Source: an uncultured Phycisphaerales bacterium
Lineage (GTDB): Bacteria; Planctomycetota; Phycisphaerae; Sedimentisphaerales; Anaerobacaceae
Length of the DNA: 64,000 nucleotides
Assembly (NCBI GenBank): GCA_963772725.1
Contig: CAVYYI010000001.1
Span: forward strand, 128,001-192,000
Direction: 5' to 3'
Below the pieces are notes generated by a model that saw nothing but the letters and a program-made list of their open reading frames with translations, was not told the origin of the DNA and did not search any database. The number at the start of each line of letters is the position of its first letter. Within the stretch, counting starts at the first letter, position 1. Below are positions 1 through 11,437 of this stretch, in pieces. A program made the position numbers and the translations under genes.

Positions 1-407
1 CCGTAATCGTGGTTTCCGAGGCAGGCGTAGATGCCTAAATTGCTTTGAATACCGCCCATGAGGTCAACAATTCTTTTTTTAAAACGGCCATAGTAGTCGC
101 AGGTGGTGTAATCACCCGTAAGGAGGACAATGTCGGCTTTGAGGCGGTTGATTCTGCCGATACAGTTTCGGAGGTATTTTGCGCTGACAGTTCTGCTGCA
201 ATGAAGGTCGCTGATATGGATTATGCGTTTGCCGACGAACTGGGCAGGGAGGTTCTTGAGGTAAAGCGGCCTTTCGACGACCTCTATCCATTCTTTGCCT
301 TTGCCGCGGACGTCAACCGCCCAAGACGTACAAAAACCCATTTTCCCGAATAATGTGCCTTTGATATGCCGTGTGCGTTTTTTACGTAATGCACTTTGTC
401 TGTTCAT
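1..407 (-). CDS. Calcineurin-like metallophosphoesterase (YkuE/YaeI-like), 5' part; runs off the window start
   Basis: Manual minus-strand translation from ATG at 407 (not in ORF track): MNRQ...IIHISDLH...IVLLTGDY...ACLGNHDY, containing the DxH, GD and GNHD motifs. Confidence 0.85.
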   Translation of the reverse strand, partial: MNRQSALRKKRTRHIKGTLFGKMGFCTSWAVDVRGKGKEWIEVVERPLYLKNLPAQFVGKRIIHISDLHCSRTVSAKYLRNCIGRINRLKADIVLLTGDYTTCDYYGRFKKRIVDLMGGIQSNLGIYACLGNHDY

Positions 408-593
408 GTTAATTCTAGGATTGTACGATTTTATAGCTGTATTTGTCAAGAGAAAGTTGTTTTTTTTTGTGGTTTTATTACACGGCGGGGCTGAACGCCA
501 AATTTGCGATTTTTTCATTTTCTTGCAGAATAGGCAGGTTTATTATAGAATGATTGCGGCTTTTGGGCAGATTTATAATAAAAGGACGAGGCA

Positions 594-2183
594 ATGAACC
601 TGAAGAATACAAGAAGGGATTTTTTGAAACTAATGGGTTTTGGGGCCGGTGCGTTTTTTGTTTCCGGCTGCGCCAACGGGGTAAAGTTATTTGCGAAAGA
701 GAATTCCGCGGTTAAGCCTAACATTGTTTACATTTTAGCTGATGATATGGGCTACGGCGATATTCAATATCTTAATAAAGAGTGCAAAATATCAACACCC
801 AACCTGAACCGTTTAGCTCAGGGGGGCATGATTTTTATGGATGCTCATTCGGGTTCGGCGGTTTGCACACCTACGCGATATGGGATTTTGACCGGTAGAT
901 ATTGCTGGCGAACAATTAAGAAAAGCGGTGTGCTTATGGGATATGACAAGCCGTTAATTGCGCCCGAGAGGATGACCGTGGGCTCATTTTTGAAAAAGCA
1001 GGGGTATTATACGGGGTGTATCGGCAAGTGGCATCTGGGTATGGATTTTGCGAGAAAAGATTCCACGAGCCAAACTCAAAATGAAACGAGTGTCGATTTT
1101 AGTAAGCCGATAGCAAATGGGCCTGTGGATGTAGGTTTTGATTATTTCTATGGGATTTCGGCGTCACTGGATATGCCGCCGTATGTGTATATTGAAAATA
1201 ATCGGTTTACCGCTGTACCGACGGAAATAACCAAAGAAGGGGGGCGTGAAGGATTGACCGCTGATGGCTTTAAGGCGGTCGATGTTTTGCCGACAATTAC
1301 GAAGAAGGCGATTGAATATATTGAACAGCGTGGTAAAAAAGCCTCTGATCAGCCGTTCTTTCTCTATTTCGCATTAAGCGCTCCTCATACTCCCATTGTG
1401 CCGTCTAAAGAGTTTATCGGCAAGAGCAAAACAACCCAATATGGCGATTTCTGTGAAGAGGTTGACAGCACGGTAGGGCAGGTGCTGGACGCGATTGAAC
1501 GTTCCGGCAGGGCTGATAATACAATTGTTATTTTTACCAGCGATAACGGATGTTCGCCGGCGGCTGACTTCCCTGAGCTTGCCAAATTCGGGCATAATCC
1601 GAGTTATATTTTCCGCGGGTATAAGGCGGACATATTCGAAGGCGGACATCACATTCCTTTTATCGTCCGCTGGCCGGGCAGGGTCAAGAAAGCTTCAAGG
1701 TGTGATGATACCATTTGTCTGACCGACCTTATGGCGACATGCGCAGATATATTGGGTGAAAAGCTGCCTGATAACGCAGGCGAAGACAGTGTAAGTATTT
1801 TGCCGGATTTGCTGGGGACAGCTAAAGGGCCTGTTCGTGAAGCTACGGTACATCATTCTATTAACGGGGCGTTTTCAATTCGGTACGGAAAGTGGAAGTT
1901 GGAACTTTGCCCAGGTTCGGGGGGCTGGAGTTATCCCAAACCCGGCAAAGATGATACATTGGGGATGCCGTCTGTTCAGCTTTATGATTTGAGCGAAGAT
2001 ATTGCCGAGAAGAAGAATGTACAGGATAAATATCCTGACCAGGTTAAGCGGCTGACGGATTTGCTTCAAAGTTATGTTGATCGCGGCCGCAGTACGCCAG
2101 GTCTGCCGCAGAGCAATGAAGGTAAGACTGATATTTTTTTGGGAACGCAAAGACCAAAAAAAAGAAACACAAATAAAAAATAA
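594..2183 (+). CDS. Arylsulfatase (formylglycine-dependent), Tat-exported
   Basis: TRRDFLK Tat motif; PNIVYILADDMGYGD; CTPTR (CxPxR) signature; GKWHLG. Confidence 0.93.
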   Translation: MNLKNTRRDFLKLMGFGAGAFFVSGCANGVKLFAKENSAVKPNIVYILADDMGYGDIQYLNKECKISTPNLNRLAQGGMIFMDAHSGSAVCTPTRYGILTGRYCWRTIKKSGVLMGYDKPLIAPERMTVGSFLKKQGYYTGCIGKWHLGMDFARKDSTSQTQNETSVDFSKPIANGPVDVGFDYFYGISASLDMPPYVYIENNRFTAVPTEITKEGGREGLTADGFKAVDVLPTITKKAIEYIEQRGKKASDQPFFLYFALSAPHTPIVPSKEFIGKSKTTQYGDFCEEVDSTVGQVLDAIERSGRADNTIVIFTSDNGCSPAADFPELAKFGHNPSYIFRGYKADIFEGGHHIPFIVRWPGRVKKASRCDDTICLTDLMATCADILGEKLPDNAGEDSVSILPDLLGTAKGPVREATVHHSINGAFSIRYGKWKLELCPGSGGWSYPKPGKDDTLGMPSVQLYDLSEDIAEKKNVQDKYPDQVKRLTDLLQSYVDRGRSTPGLPQSNEGKTDIFLGTQRPKKRNTNKK

Positions 2184-2201
2184 TATCGTTTTTTGGGGGG
2201 C

Positions 2202-3244
2202 ATGATTATGGAAGCGGAAAGGGAAAATCTGAAAGAGGCTGTCTTATGGCAGCAAAAGCCGGACAAAAAAGTCCGCTGTAATCTATGCGCATGGCGATGC
2301 CTGATTGCCGATGGAAAGCTCGGACATTGCGCAGTCCGTAAAAATATAGGCGGTATTTTATATTCGCTCAATTACAACAAAGTCTGCGCCGCCAATATCG
2401 ACCCGATAGAGAAAAAGCCGCTTTTTCATTTTCTGCCGGGCAGCAGCAGTTTTTCAATATCCGCGCCGGGGTGTAATTTCCAGTGCGATTTCTGCCAGAA
2501 CTGGCAGATAAGCCAGATGCCGGTTATAGATGGCAGAATCAATGGAGAAGCCTCGAATCCCGAGCAAATTGTTGACACCGCGGTCAAGAGCGGCTGCGCA
2601 GAGTATAGCCTATACTTATACTGAGCCGACCATCTTTATGGAATTGTGCGATGATTGCGGCAAATTGGCAAAGAGCAGGGGGCTGAAGAATGTTTTTGTC
2701 AGTAACGGCTATATGACCCGCGAGGCGATTGATTTTGCCAAGGACTGGCTCGACGCGATTAATGTTGACCTCAAGGCTTTCAGCGATGATTATTATAAAA
2801 ATATCTGCAAGGCGCAGACTGCAGCCCGTACTCGACACAATCACCTACATCGCCAAAGAAACAAAAATCTGGATGGAGATTACGACACTTATTGTGCCGG
2901 GCGAAAACGATTCCGAAGATGAGCTGAAAAAGCTCGCTGATTTCCTTGTTACTAACGCAGGTCCCGATGTTCCGTGGCACATCAGCAGGTTTTATCCGCA
3001 GTATAGATATACTGATTTGCACCCGACGCCGCTCAAATTGCTCAAGCGGGCTTATGAAGCCGGAAAGGCCGCTGGCATTCGCTATATTTATATAGGTAAT
3101 GTACCCGGCGAAAAAGGCGAAAGCACTTTTTGCCACTATTGCGGCAGAATGCTTATCGAGAGGCTCGGATACAGAGTCCTGAGCAATAATATCCGGAAAA
3201 AATGCTGTCCCAAATGCAAAACTGAAATCGCAGGCGTCTTTTAA
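2202..3244 (+). CDS. amrS: AmmeMemoRadiSam-system radical SAM enzyme, split by two frameshifts
   Basis: Three overlapping ORFs join: CNLCAWRC, DPIEKKPLFHF, GCNFQCDFCQNW, YTYTEPT, HISRFYPQY, YIYIGNVPG. Confidence 0.85.
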
Positions 3245-3264
3245 CGAATAGGAGTTTATCTTCA

Positions 3265-4416
3265 ATGAAAATTGTCGCGGATGCAAATATACCGTTTGTT
3301 AAAGAATGTTTTTCGTCGATTGGTGATGTTAATGTTCTATCCGGCAGAGATATTACTCCCCCCGTAATTGCCGATGCGGATATTCTTCTTGTACGGAGCA
3401 TAACTAAAGTTGACACCAAACTCCTGGCAGGGAGCAAAGTCAGTTTCGTCGCGACCGCGACAATCGGCTTTGACCATATCGATGTAGATTACCTTAAGCG
3501 CAATAATATCGGTTTTGCCTCGGCACCTGGCTCAAACGCCAATTCTGTCGCGGAGTACGTTGTTACCGCTTTACTGAACATAGGGGAAAAACATAACATC
3601 AAGCTGAAAGACAAATCCATTGGTATTATCGGTGTGGGCAATGTCGGCAGCAGGGTGGCCAAAAAAGTCGCCGCCCTTGATATGAACGTTTTGCTCAACG
3701 ACCCGCCGCTCTACAAACTTACCGGCGACCCGAAATATATTCCGCTTGAAAAACTTTTGGACTGTGATTTTATCACTTTTCATACGCCGCTGACTTTTGA
3801 GGGTGTCGATAAAACTTTTCATCTTGCCGATGAAAAATTTTTCAATTCGCTCAAAACTGGCTGTGTCTTTTTCAATACCTCTCGCGGCGGTGTAGTCGAT
3901 AGCTGTGCCCTGAAACTTGCGATTAAATCAGGCCAGATTAAAGCCGCTGTTCTCGACGTCTGGGAAGATGAGCCGGATCTTGATACTGAACTGCTTGAGA
4001 TGGTTGATATCGGTACGCCCCATATCGCAGGATATTCCTTTGACGGCAAGGTTGCCGGAATGATTATGATTTATAACGCCGCCTGTGAATATTTCGGCCT
4101 AAAAGCCAAATTTGATGTCGATTCGTTCCTGCCTCCGCCGCCGGTACCCGTACTCAAAGTCGCTTCTCAGCTTATCGAAGAACAGGAGTTGATTCGCCAG
4201 GCTGTTGAGGAAATTTACGATATAAAAAGCGATGATTTTGCCCTGCGGCAGATTCTGAATATGCCTCAAGGTAAAAGATGCGCACTCTTCGATAAACTTC
4301 GCAAAGACTACCCCGTTCGAAGTGAGTTTCAAAATACGCAAATCAAGTTAACGGTTCCCTGCAAGGCGATTGCCTTGAAATTTACAGATATTGGTTTCAG
4401 GATTAAAAATGTCTGA
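3265..4416 (+). CDS. pdxB: 4-phosphoerythronate dehydrogenase
   Basis: MKIVADANIP, VRSITKVD, TATIGFDHID, APGSNA, HTPL, DVWEDEP, TPHIAGYS. Confidence 0.92.
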   Translation: MKIVADANIPFVKECFSSIGDVNVLSGRDITPPVIADADILLVRSITKVDTKLLAGSKVSFVATATIGFDHIDVDYLKRNNIGFASAPGSNANSVAEYVVTALLNIGEKHNIKLKDKSIGIIGVGNVGSRVAKKVAALDMNVLLNDPPLYKLTGDPKYIPLEKLLDCDFITFHTPLTFEGVDKTFHLADEKFFNSLKTGCVFFNTSRGGVVDSCALKLAIKSGQIKAAVLDVWEDEPDLDTELLEMVDIGTPHIAGYSFDGKVAGMIMIYNAACEYFGLKAKFDVDSFLPPPPVPVLKVASQLIEEQELIRQAVEEIYDIKSDDFALRQILNMPQGKRCALFDKLRKDYPVRSEFQNTQIKLTVPCKAIALKFTDIGFRIKNV

Positions 4417-5267
4417 TAAGGAAAAATGCGGTATAGTCCAATGGCCCTCCGGCAGGCTTGATTTCTTCGGCGGCTGCCTGGTTATGGGTATTTTGAATAT
4501 TACGCCCGACTCGTTCAGCGATGGCGGGATATTCCTCGATACCGATAAAGCGGTAGAACACGGTTTTACTATGGCCTCCGAAGGCACCGCCATAATTGAT
4601 ATCGGGGCTGAATCAACCCGTCCAGGCTCAATGCCTATTCCCGCCGATGAGCAGATTAAAAGGATTGTGCCGGTGTTAAGACTTCTTGGCAAAAAAATTA
4701 ATATCCCCATCAGCATCGACACGTACAATTACGATGTCGCCAAAGCGGCCCTTGATAATGGGGCAGCCATAATAAACGATATCACAGCGTTAAGTGATAA
4801 GCGGATGGCAGAACTTGCCGCTCAATACGAGGTTCCGGTCGTTTTGATGCACATACAGGGTACGCCGCGGACAATGCAGGTTAACCCCGTTTACGGAGAT
4901 GTCGTCGCCGAGGTATTGCGATTCTTATTAAGTCGGGCTAAATACGCTGAGACTTTCGGCATACCGCGTGAGAGAATCTTCATCGACCCTGGTATCGGGT
5001 TTGGTAAAACCATCGAGCATAATCTTTCTCTTCTGAAACACATCGACAGATTTGTTGATTCCGGTTACCGCATTCTCGTTGGCCCGAGCAGAAAGGGTTT
5101 TATCGGGAAAATTACCGGCAGAGAAAAACCTGCTGAGCGTTTGTTCGGTGCCGCCGCCGCCGTGGCCTTATGTGCCGCCGCTGGCGTTTCAATTGTCCGA
5201 GTCCACGATGTCCCGCAGATGCTCGAACGTTACAAAAACAGTTAATGCTGTTTGCCGCTGTTTATAA
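4409..5267 (+). CDS. folP: Dihydropteroate synthase (C-terminal frameshift)
   Basis: MGILNITPDSFSDGG, DIGAESTRPG, DPGIGFGK, SRK, RVHDV. Confidence 0.93.
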
Positions 5268-5430
5268 TCTATTTATTGAGGTTAAATCATCCTGCTTACG
5301 AATTAAATGAATGCCTATAAAACTAACTTCAAAAACCTTTTGCAATCGGCGGTGTAATCGTATAATATGTTAAATTCTTTTTTACTGAACTTATTGATTA
5401 TATATAGAGATAGAAAGGACGTTTGGTGAT

Positions 5431-7535
5431 ATGAGTCTTGAGAAGTTTTTTAGTCCGGAGTCGATAGCTATCGTAGGTGCGTCGCAGACAAAGGGCAAGG
5501 TCGGCTACGAAATAGTGGTAAACCTGCTGACGGCGGGGTATAAAGGGAAGATATATCCCGTTAATAATAAAGCAGATACGATAGAGGGTCTGAAATGCTA
5601 TCCCGACCTGGATTCGATAGGTCAGCCGGTGGATTTGGCGGTGATAGTGATACCGGCGAAGTTTGTGCCGGATGTAATGAAGCAGTGCGGAAAGCTGAAG
5701 ATAAAGGCGGTTGTGGTTATAACGGCGGGCTTCAAGGAGGTTGGCAAGGAGGGCAAGGAGCTTGAGCAGCAGGTGGTTCAAATCGCCAAGCAGTCCGGGA
5801 TACGGGTCATCGGGCCAAATTGTCTTGGTGTGATAGATCCGGCGAATAAGGTAAACGCCAGTTTCGGCGGCGATCTGCCGGAGCATGGCTCGATAGGTTA
5901 TATATCGCAGTCGGGGGCGCTTTTGGCGGCGATTCTGGATTTGGCCAACGCCAACGGCATCGGGTTCAGCAAGTTAGTGAGCATAGGCAATAAGGCTGAT
6001 GTCGATGAGCTGGATATGATCGAGGATCTGGGGTCTGACCCTGATACGAAGGTAATCGCCGGGTATCTTGAGAGCATCACGGAGGGTGTGGCGTTTGTGT
6101 CGGAGGCCGAGCGTATATCGCATACCAAGCCGATACTGCTGATGAAATCCGGCGGTACGGGCGCAGGGGCAAAGGCGGCGTCGTCGCATACCGGAAGTCT
6201 TGCTGGAAGTGAAATGGCTTATGAGGCGGTTTTTGAGCGGGCGGGAATTATACGGTGCTTTTCAATAAAATCGCAGTTCAATTTTGCGCAGGCGTTTTCG
6301 ACTCAGCCTCTGCCGAAAGGGCAAAGTGTGGCGGTAATAACCAACGCCGGCGGGCCGGGGATTATGGCGGCGGACGCGATTGAGCGTGAGGGGCTGACTT
6401 TCGCGAAGCTAAAGAAAGAGACGATTGAGAAGCTGGCGGGGAATCTGCCAGCGTCGGCGAATTTTTATAATCCGGTTGACGTTCTTGGCGATGCGCTGGC
6501 GGACAGGTATGAATTCGCGATTAAAACGGTGATGGAAGACCCAAATGTAGATATAGTTTTAATACTTTTGACGCCTCAGGCAATGACGGAGGCGGAGGCG
6601 ACGGCAAAGAGCATCGCGAAGATAGCCAAACTGAATGCGACCAAGCCGGTGCTGGCGTGTTTCCTCGGCGCGGAAAAGGTCGATGATGGGATAAAAATTC
6701 TGCGAGAAAACAGGATACCGCAGTACGATTCGCCGGAGAGCGCGGTGCTGACGATAAAGCTGATGGTTAAATATGTGAAGTGGCGTTCCAGGCCCAAGCG
6801 GGTTGTCAAGCTGTTCCCTGTGAACCGCCGAAAAGTCGAGACGATTATTGAAAAGCATACGCGGCAGGGAATCCGTGAAATCGGAGAGACCGAGTCGAAG
6901 GAAATCCTGGAGGCGTACGGATTTGTAACCCCGAAAGGGTCAGTTGCGACGACCGCGGAGCAGGCGGCGAATATCGCGGACCAGCTCGGTTATCCGGTTG
7001 TGCTGAAAATCTGGTCGCCGGACATTGTGCATAAATCTGATGTCGGCGGCGTTAAAGTGGGCCTGAAGAGTCCTAAAGAGGTGATGGATGCTTTCGACCT
7101 GATGATGTACCGAATACCCAAGAAAGTGCCGAAGGCCGATATTCTCGGCGTGCTTGTTCAGGAGATGTGCAGACGGGGGCAAGGAAGTAATTCTTGGGAT
7201 GAATCGCGACCCGCATTTCGGGCCGTTGATGATGTTCGGTATGGGCGGGGTGATGGTCGAGGTGCTGAAGGATGTTTCGTTTTATCTGGCACCGCTGACG
7301 GGTGAAGAAGCCAAGCAGATGCTTATAAGCACCAAGACGTATAAAATTTTGAAGGGCGTTCGCGGCCAGGAAGGCGTGGATATTGACGCAATCGCCGAAG
7401 GGCTTCAGAGACTATCACAGCTTGTTACGGAGTTTCCGCAGATTAAGGAAATGGATATAAATCCGTATATGGTCGGGCCCGGCGGGAACTACGCCAATAG
7501 CAGTTGACGCAAGAATGAGTGTAGAAAAGGTTTAA
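5431..7535 (+). CDS. Acetate--CoA ligase (ADP-forming), fused alpha/beta type, frameshifted near 7170 and 7490
   Basis: CoA-binding N-terminus, GPNCLG, SQSGA, SHTG phospho-His motif, NPVD, ATP-grasp KIWSPDIVHKSDVGGV, then DPHFGP...DINP in the next frame. Confidence 0.85.
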
Positions 7536-7543
7536 ATTGGAAG

Positions 7544-9426
7544 ATGAAAATATGCAGAGACTTTGATTGGAAAGAAAAATACAAAGATAAGATAGCGACC
7601 GCGGATGCGGCTATGAAGCTGTCAAGTCGGGTAACAGTATATTCATCGGGACAGGCTGCGGTCAGCCGCAGCATCTTGTCAATGCACTGGTGAAGCATTC
7701 AAGCCATATTTACGATGCTCATATTATTCATCTGCTTACGATTGGTACGGCGCCGTATGCTGACGAGCAAATTCCGCGAAAAATTCAAGATGAACAGTTT
7801 TTTCATCGCTGACAATGTTCGCGAGGCATTGAGCAAGGGCATCGGCGATTACACGCCGATATTTTTGTCGGAGATACCGAACGAATTTGAAAAGCGGCAG
7901 GATTCCGCTGGACGTGGCGTTAATAAGCGTTTCGCCGCCGGATGCAAACGGCCTGTGCAGCCTGGGTGTTTCAGTGGATATTGTGAAATCCGCCACTGCA
8001 AACGCACGTTATACTATCGCGCAGGTCAATGCGAATATGCCTCGGACGTTTCGGCGACAGTTTCATTCATGTCAACGACATTGATATGCTGGTGCCTTAC
8101 GATGAAGATATTATAGAAGTTGAAACACCTGAACCTGATGAGACGCTGCGTCGCATCGGGCAGAATATCGCCAGACTTGTTGATGACGGCAGCACGATCG
8201 AATGCGGCATAGGACGCATTCCGCAGGCGCTGGCGGAATTTCTCAAGGACAAGAAAGACCTCGGCGTTCATACGGAAATGTTCAGCGACTGGATTATCGA
8301 GCTTATCGAATGCGGGGCGATTACCTCGGCGAAAAAGTCCATAAACCGCGGCAAAGTCGTGGCGAGTTTCTGCATGGGTTCAAAACGTCTTTATGATTAT
8401 ATAAATAATAATCCGTTCTTTGAATTTTATCCTACTGAATACGTCAATGACCCTTATGTCATAGGTCAGCATGAGAAGATGGTGGCGATTAACGTTGGTC
8501 TTGAGATTGATTTGACTGGACAGGTTTGCGCGGATTCGCTGGGGTATAAATTTTACAGCGGCATCGGCGGCCAGGTTGACTTTATCCGCGGCGCGGCCAG
8601 AAGCAGGGGCGGTAAGCCGATAATCGCGATGCCTTCTACGGCTAAAAACGGGCAGGTATCGAGGATTGTTTCACATCTTACCGAAGGCGCTGGAGTGGTT
8701 ACGACTCGCGGGGACGTTCATTACGTCGTTACCGAGTACGGTGTGGCGTATCTGCACGGAAAGAGCATCAGGGAAAGAGTGCTTTCCCTTATCAATATCG
8801 CTCATCCTAAGTTCAGGGCTGAGTTGATAAAGGCCGCCAAAGCGCAGAATTATGTGTATCAGGACCAGATTGAACTCGACAGTAAAAAGACAACGTATCC
8901 CGAAGAGCTGGAGCATTACGAGACGCTGCGTGACGGTACAGAGATATTTTTCAGGCCGGTCAAGCCGACCGACGAAGGCGCGCTTTCCGATATGCTGTAT
9001 TCACTTAGTGAAGAATCCGTACGGACAAGGTATATGGCCCATACGATGACCTTCCCGCACAAAGACGTTCAGCAGTTGGCGAATATCGATTACAGCAGGG
9101 ATATTTCGATTGTCGGCACGGTTCCAGGCTCGTCGGGCGATGAAATCGTGGCGATAGCTCAGTATTTTCTCGACCCGAAAACGCAGGCGGCGGAGGTAGC
9201 GTTTCTTGTGCAGGACGAATGGCAACAAAAAGGCATGGGTACTCTTTTGCTGGAGTATCTGTCTAAAGTGGCGAAGAAACGGGGTGTTATGCGTTTTTAC
9301 GCAAAGGTGCTGCCTGCCAATAAGCCGATGCTGGCTGTTTTCTATAATTCGGGCTACAAGGTGAACACCGAATTCGACGGAGACGTTTATCATATAACAT
9401 ACGATTTGGCCGAGAAGAAAAAATAG
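7544..9426 (+). CDS. Acetyl-CoA hydrolase/transferase fused to a C-terminal GNAT acetyltransferase, frameshifted in the 5' half
   Basis: IFIGTGCGQP, GIGRIP, LGVHTEM, SGIGGQVDF, VVTEYGVA, then IFFRPVKPTD...AEVAFLVQDEWQQKGMGT (GNAT motif A). Confidence 0.85.
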
Positions 9427-9434
9427 GAGTAATT

Positions 9435-10568
9435 TTGGCAAGAAGAGCTGTATTTATATATTCGCCGCAGCTTGAGAAATATCCTTACCCGCCTGATTGT
9501 CCGTTTAATACGGCAAGGGCGGGGAAAACACGTAGCATTCTGAACTCTATGGGCCTGCTGTCTGGTGAGGGGATAAGCGAGGTCGAACCTTCTCCGGCAG
9601 AAAGAATTGTTATAAAAAAGTTTCACACAGCTCGTTATCTGCATGCGCTTAAAGTTGCGCCAAAAGGGCCTCTCGACATAGAAATGCTCAATATGGGAAT
9701 TGGTACGGGGGATTGTCCGATATTTGCCGGGATGTACGAAGGCGCGGCGCTGGCATGCGGGGCAACCTTAAAAGGAGCGGAACTTATTCTTTCCAAATCA
9801 GCGGATGTGGTTTTTAATCCTGCCGGCGGACTGCATCACGCGCAGCCGGAACGGGCGGCTGGTTTTTGCTATATCAATGATGTTGCGCTGGGGTGTATAG
9901 TTCTCGCAGAAAAAGGCAAGAGGGTTTTATATCTTGATATCGATGTTCATCACGGCGATGGGGTGCAGAATGTTTTCTATGAGCGCAGCGATGTTATGAC
10001 AATTTCGTTTCACGAAAATCCGCATACGCTTTTTCCCGGCACAGGTTTCGAGGATGAGACAGGTGCCGGACAAGGTAAAGGCTATTGTGTTAATGTTCCG
10101 CTTCCCATCGGCACTTATGACCAGGCGTATATGAAGGCGTTCAATACGATAGCACCGCCTTTAATCGGGGCGTTTAATCCGGATGTAATCGTTTTTGAAC
10201 TTGGGGTGGACACGCTGGCAGGCGACCCGCTTGCGCATCTTTGCCTTACCAATAATGTTTATGCCGATATTATTAAAATTCTGCTGAATTTTGGCAAACC
10301 AATTCTTATGACCGGAGGCGGCGGGTATCATATCGGTAATACCGTCAGGGCCTGGGCGCTGGCGTGGAGCGTTCTTTGTGGTGCCGATGACGGCTATGAT
10401 ATTAATATCGGTATGGGCGGAGTTATGCTCGAAAGCACTGACTGGCAGGGCGGACTTCGTGACAGGCATCTGCCCGTTACTAGCCAGCAGCGAACCGCCG
10501 TAGAACCCGCCATACAGACCACAATAGAAAAAATAAAGACAAATATCTTCCCTTATCACGGCCTGTAG
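9435..10568 (+). CDS. acuC: AcuC-like zinc-dependent (HDAC family) deacetylase
   Basis: GGLHHA, GFCYIND, DIDVHHGDG, FPGTG, GDPL, GGGGY. Confidence 0.85.
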   Translation: MARRAVFIYSPQLEKYPYPPDCPFNTARAGKTRSILNSMGLLSGEGISEVEPSPAERIVIKKFHTARYLHALKVAPKGPLDIEMLNMGIGTGDCPIFAGMYEGAALACGATLKGAELILSKSADVVFNPAGGLHHAQPERAAGFCYINDVALGCIVLAEKGKRVLYLDIDVHHGDGVQNVFYERSDVMTISFHENPHTLFPGTGFEDETGAGQGKGYCVNVPLPIGTYDQAYMKAFNTIAPPLIGAFNPDVIVFELGVDTLAGDPLAHLCLTNNVYADIIKILLNFGKPILMTGGGGYHIGNTVRAWALAWSVLCGADDGYDINIGMGGVMLESTDWQGGLRDRHLPVTSQQRTAVEPAIQTTIEKIKTNIFPYHGL

Positions 10569-10694
10569 GGTCAATGGTATGAAGCAGGCTGGCGATAAGG
10601 AAAATCCGAAGCACGAAGCATGAAATAAATTTCACTGCGAGTGTTATAGATGTCGCAAAAAATGTGAAAAAAATAAATGTAAAAGGCGAATAAA

Positions 10695-10720
10695 AAACCC
10701 CGAAGGAGACTTCGGGGTTT
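10695..10720 (-). terminator. Intrinsic terminator between convergent acuC and satP
   Basis: AAACCCCGAAG-gaga-CTTCGGGGTTT perfect stem, with a U-tract on the minus strand. Confidence 0.75.
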
Positions 10721-10751
10721 AAAAAGACAGAATGTTTTTAGTGAGCAAATA

Positions 10752-11348
10752 TTATTTTTTAGCGCCGAGGGGTACGACGGTTTTGCCGTACACTTCATTG
10801 AGTACCTGACCCAGGGCGGTGTATATGGCTGAAAGGCCGCAGATAATTCCCTCGTAGCCGGCGATACATTTAATTGAAGCATTGCCGGTCTGGTCGCCGA
10901 TAGCCAGCAGGAAGAACAATATAGTTAAAGAGGCGAAAACAAACTGGAGGGCTTTACTTAATTTTAGCGTGCCGATATACATAACGCCGGTGAATATGCC
11001 CCACATGACCAGGTATGCCACCATCGCGGGTGTTTCGTTGGGGTCTCCCAGTCCCATTTTTGGGGCAATTAATAAGCCGACAAGAGACAACCAGAACAGG
11101 CCGTAAGAGGTGAAAGCGGTTGTTCCGAATGTATTGTTCTTTTTCCATTCCATTATTCCGGCGATGACCTGGGCGATACCGCCATAGAAAATTCCCATAG
11201 CAAGAATCATTGTCCCAAGTTTGAAAAAGCCTGCGTTGTGAAGATTGAGCAGCACGGTAGTCATACCGAAGCCCATCAAACCTAAAGGCGCTGGGTTAGC
11301 AGTGGTGTCTTTTACTTTAATCATATCATCTGTCATTGGTTTTTCCAT
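10752..11348 (-). CDS. satP: Acetate uptake transporter, GPR1/FUN34/YaaH (SatP) family
   Basis: [15 protein letters not shown] signature; six hydrophobic segments. Confidence 0.92.
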   Translation of the reverse strand: MEKPMTDDMIKVKDTTANPAPLGLMGFGMTTVLLNLHNAGFFKLGTMILAMGIFYGGIAQVIAGIMEWKKNNTFGTTAFTSYGLFWLSLVGLLIAPKMGLGDPNETPAMVAYLVMWGIFTGVMYIGTLKLSKALQFVFASLTILFFLLAIGDQTGNASIKCIAGYEGIICGLSAIYTALGQVLNEVYGKTVVPLGAKK

Positions 11349-11437
11349 ATTCCTTCCTTTTATCCAAAATAAATTTTACGCGTATTCCGATACGCGATAA
11401 TTAACCAGCAATAATATGGTTACAATACGGCAAAAGA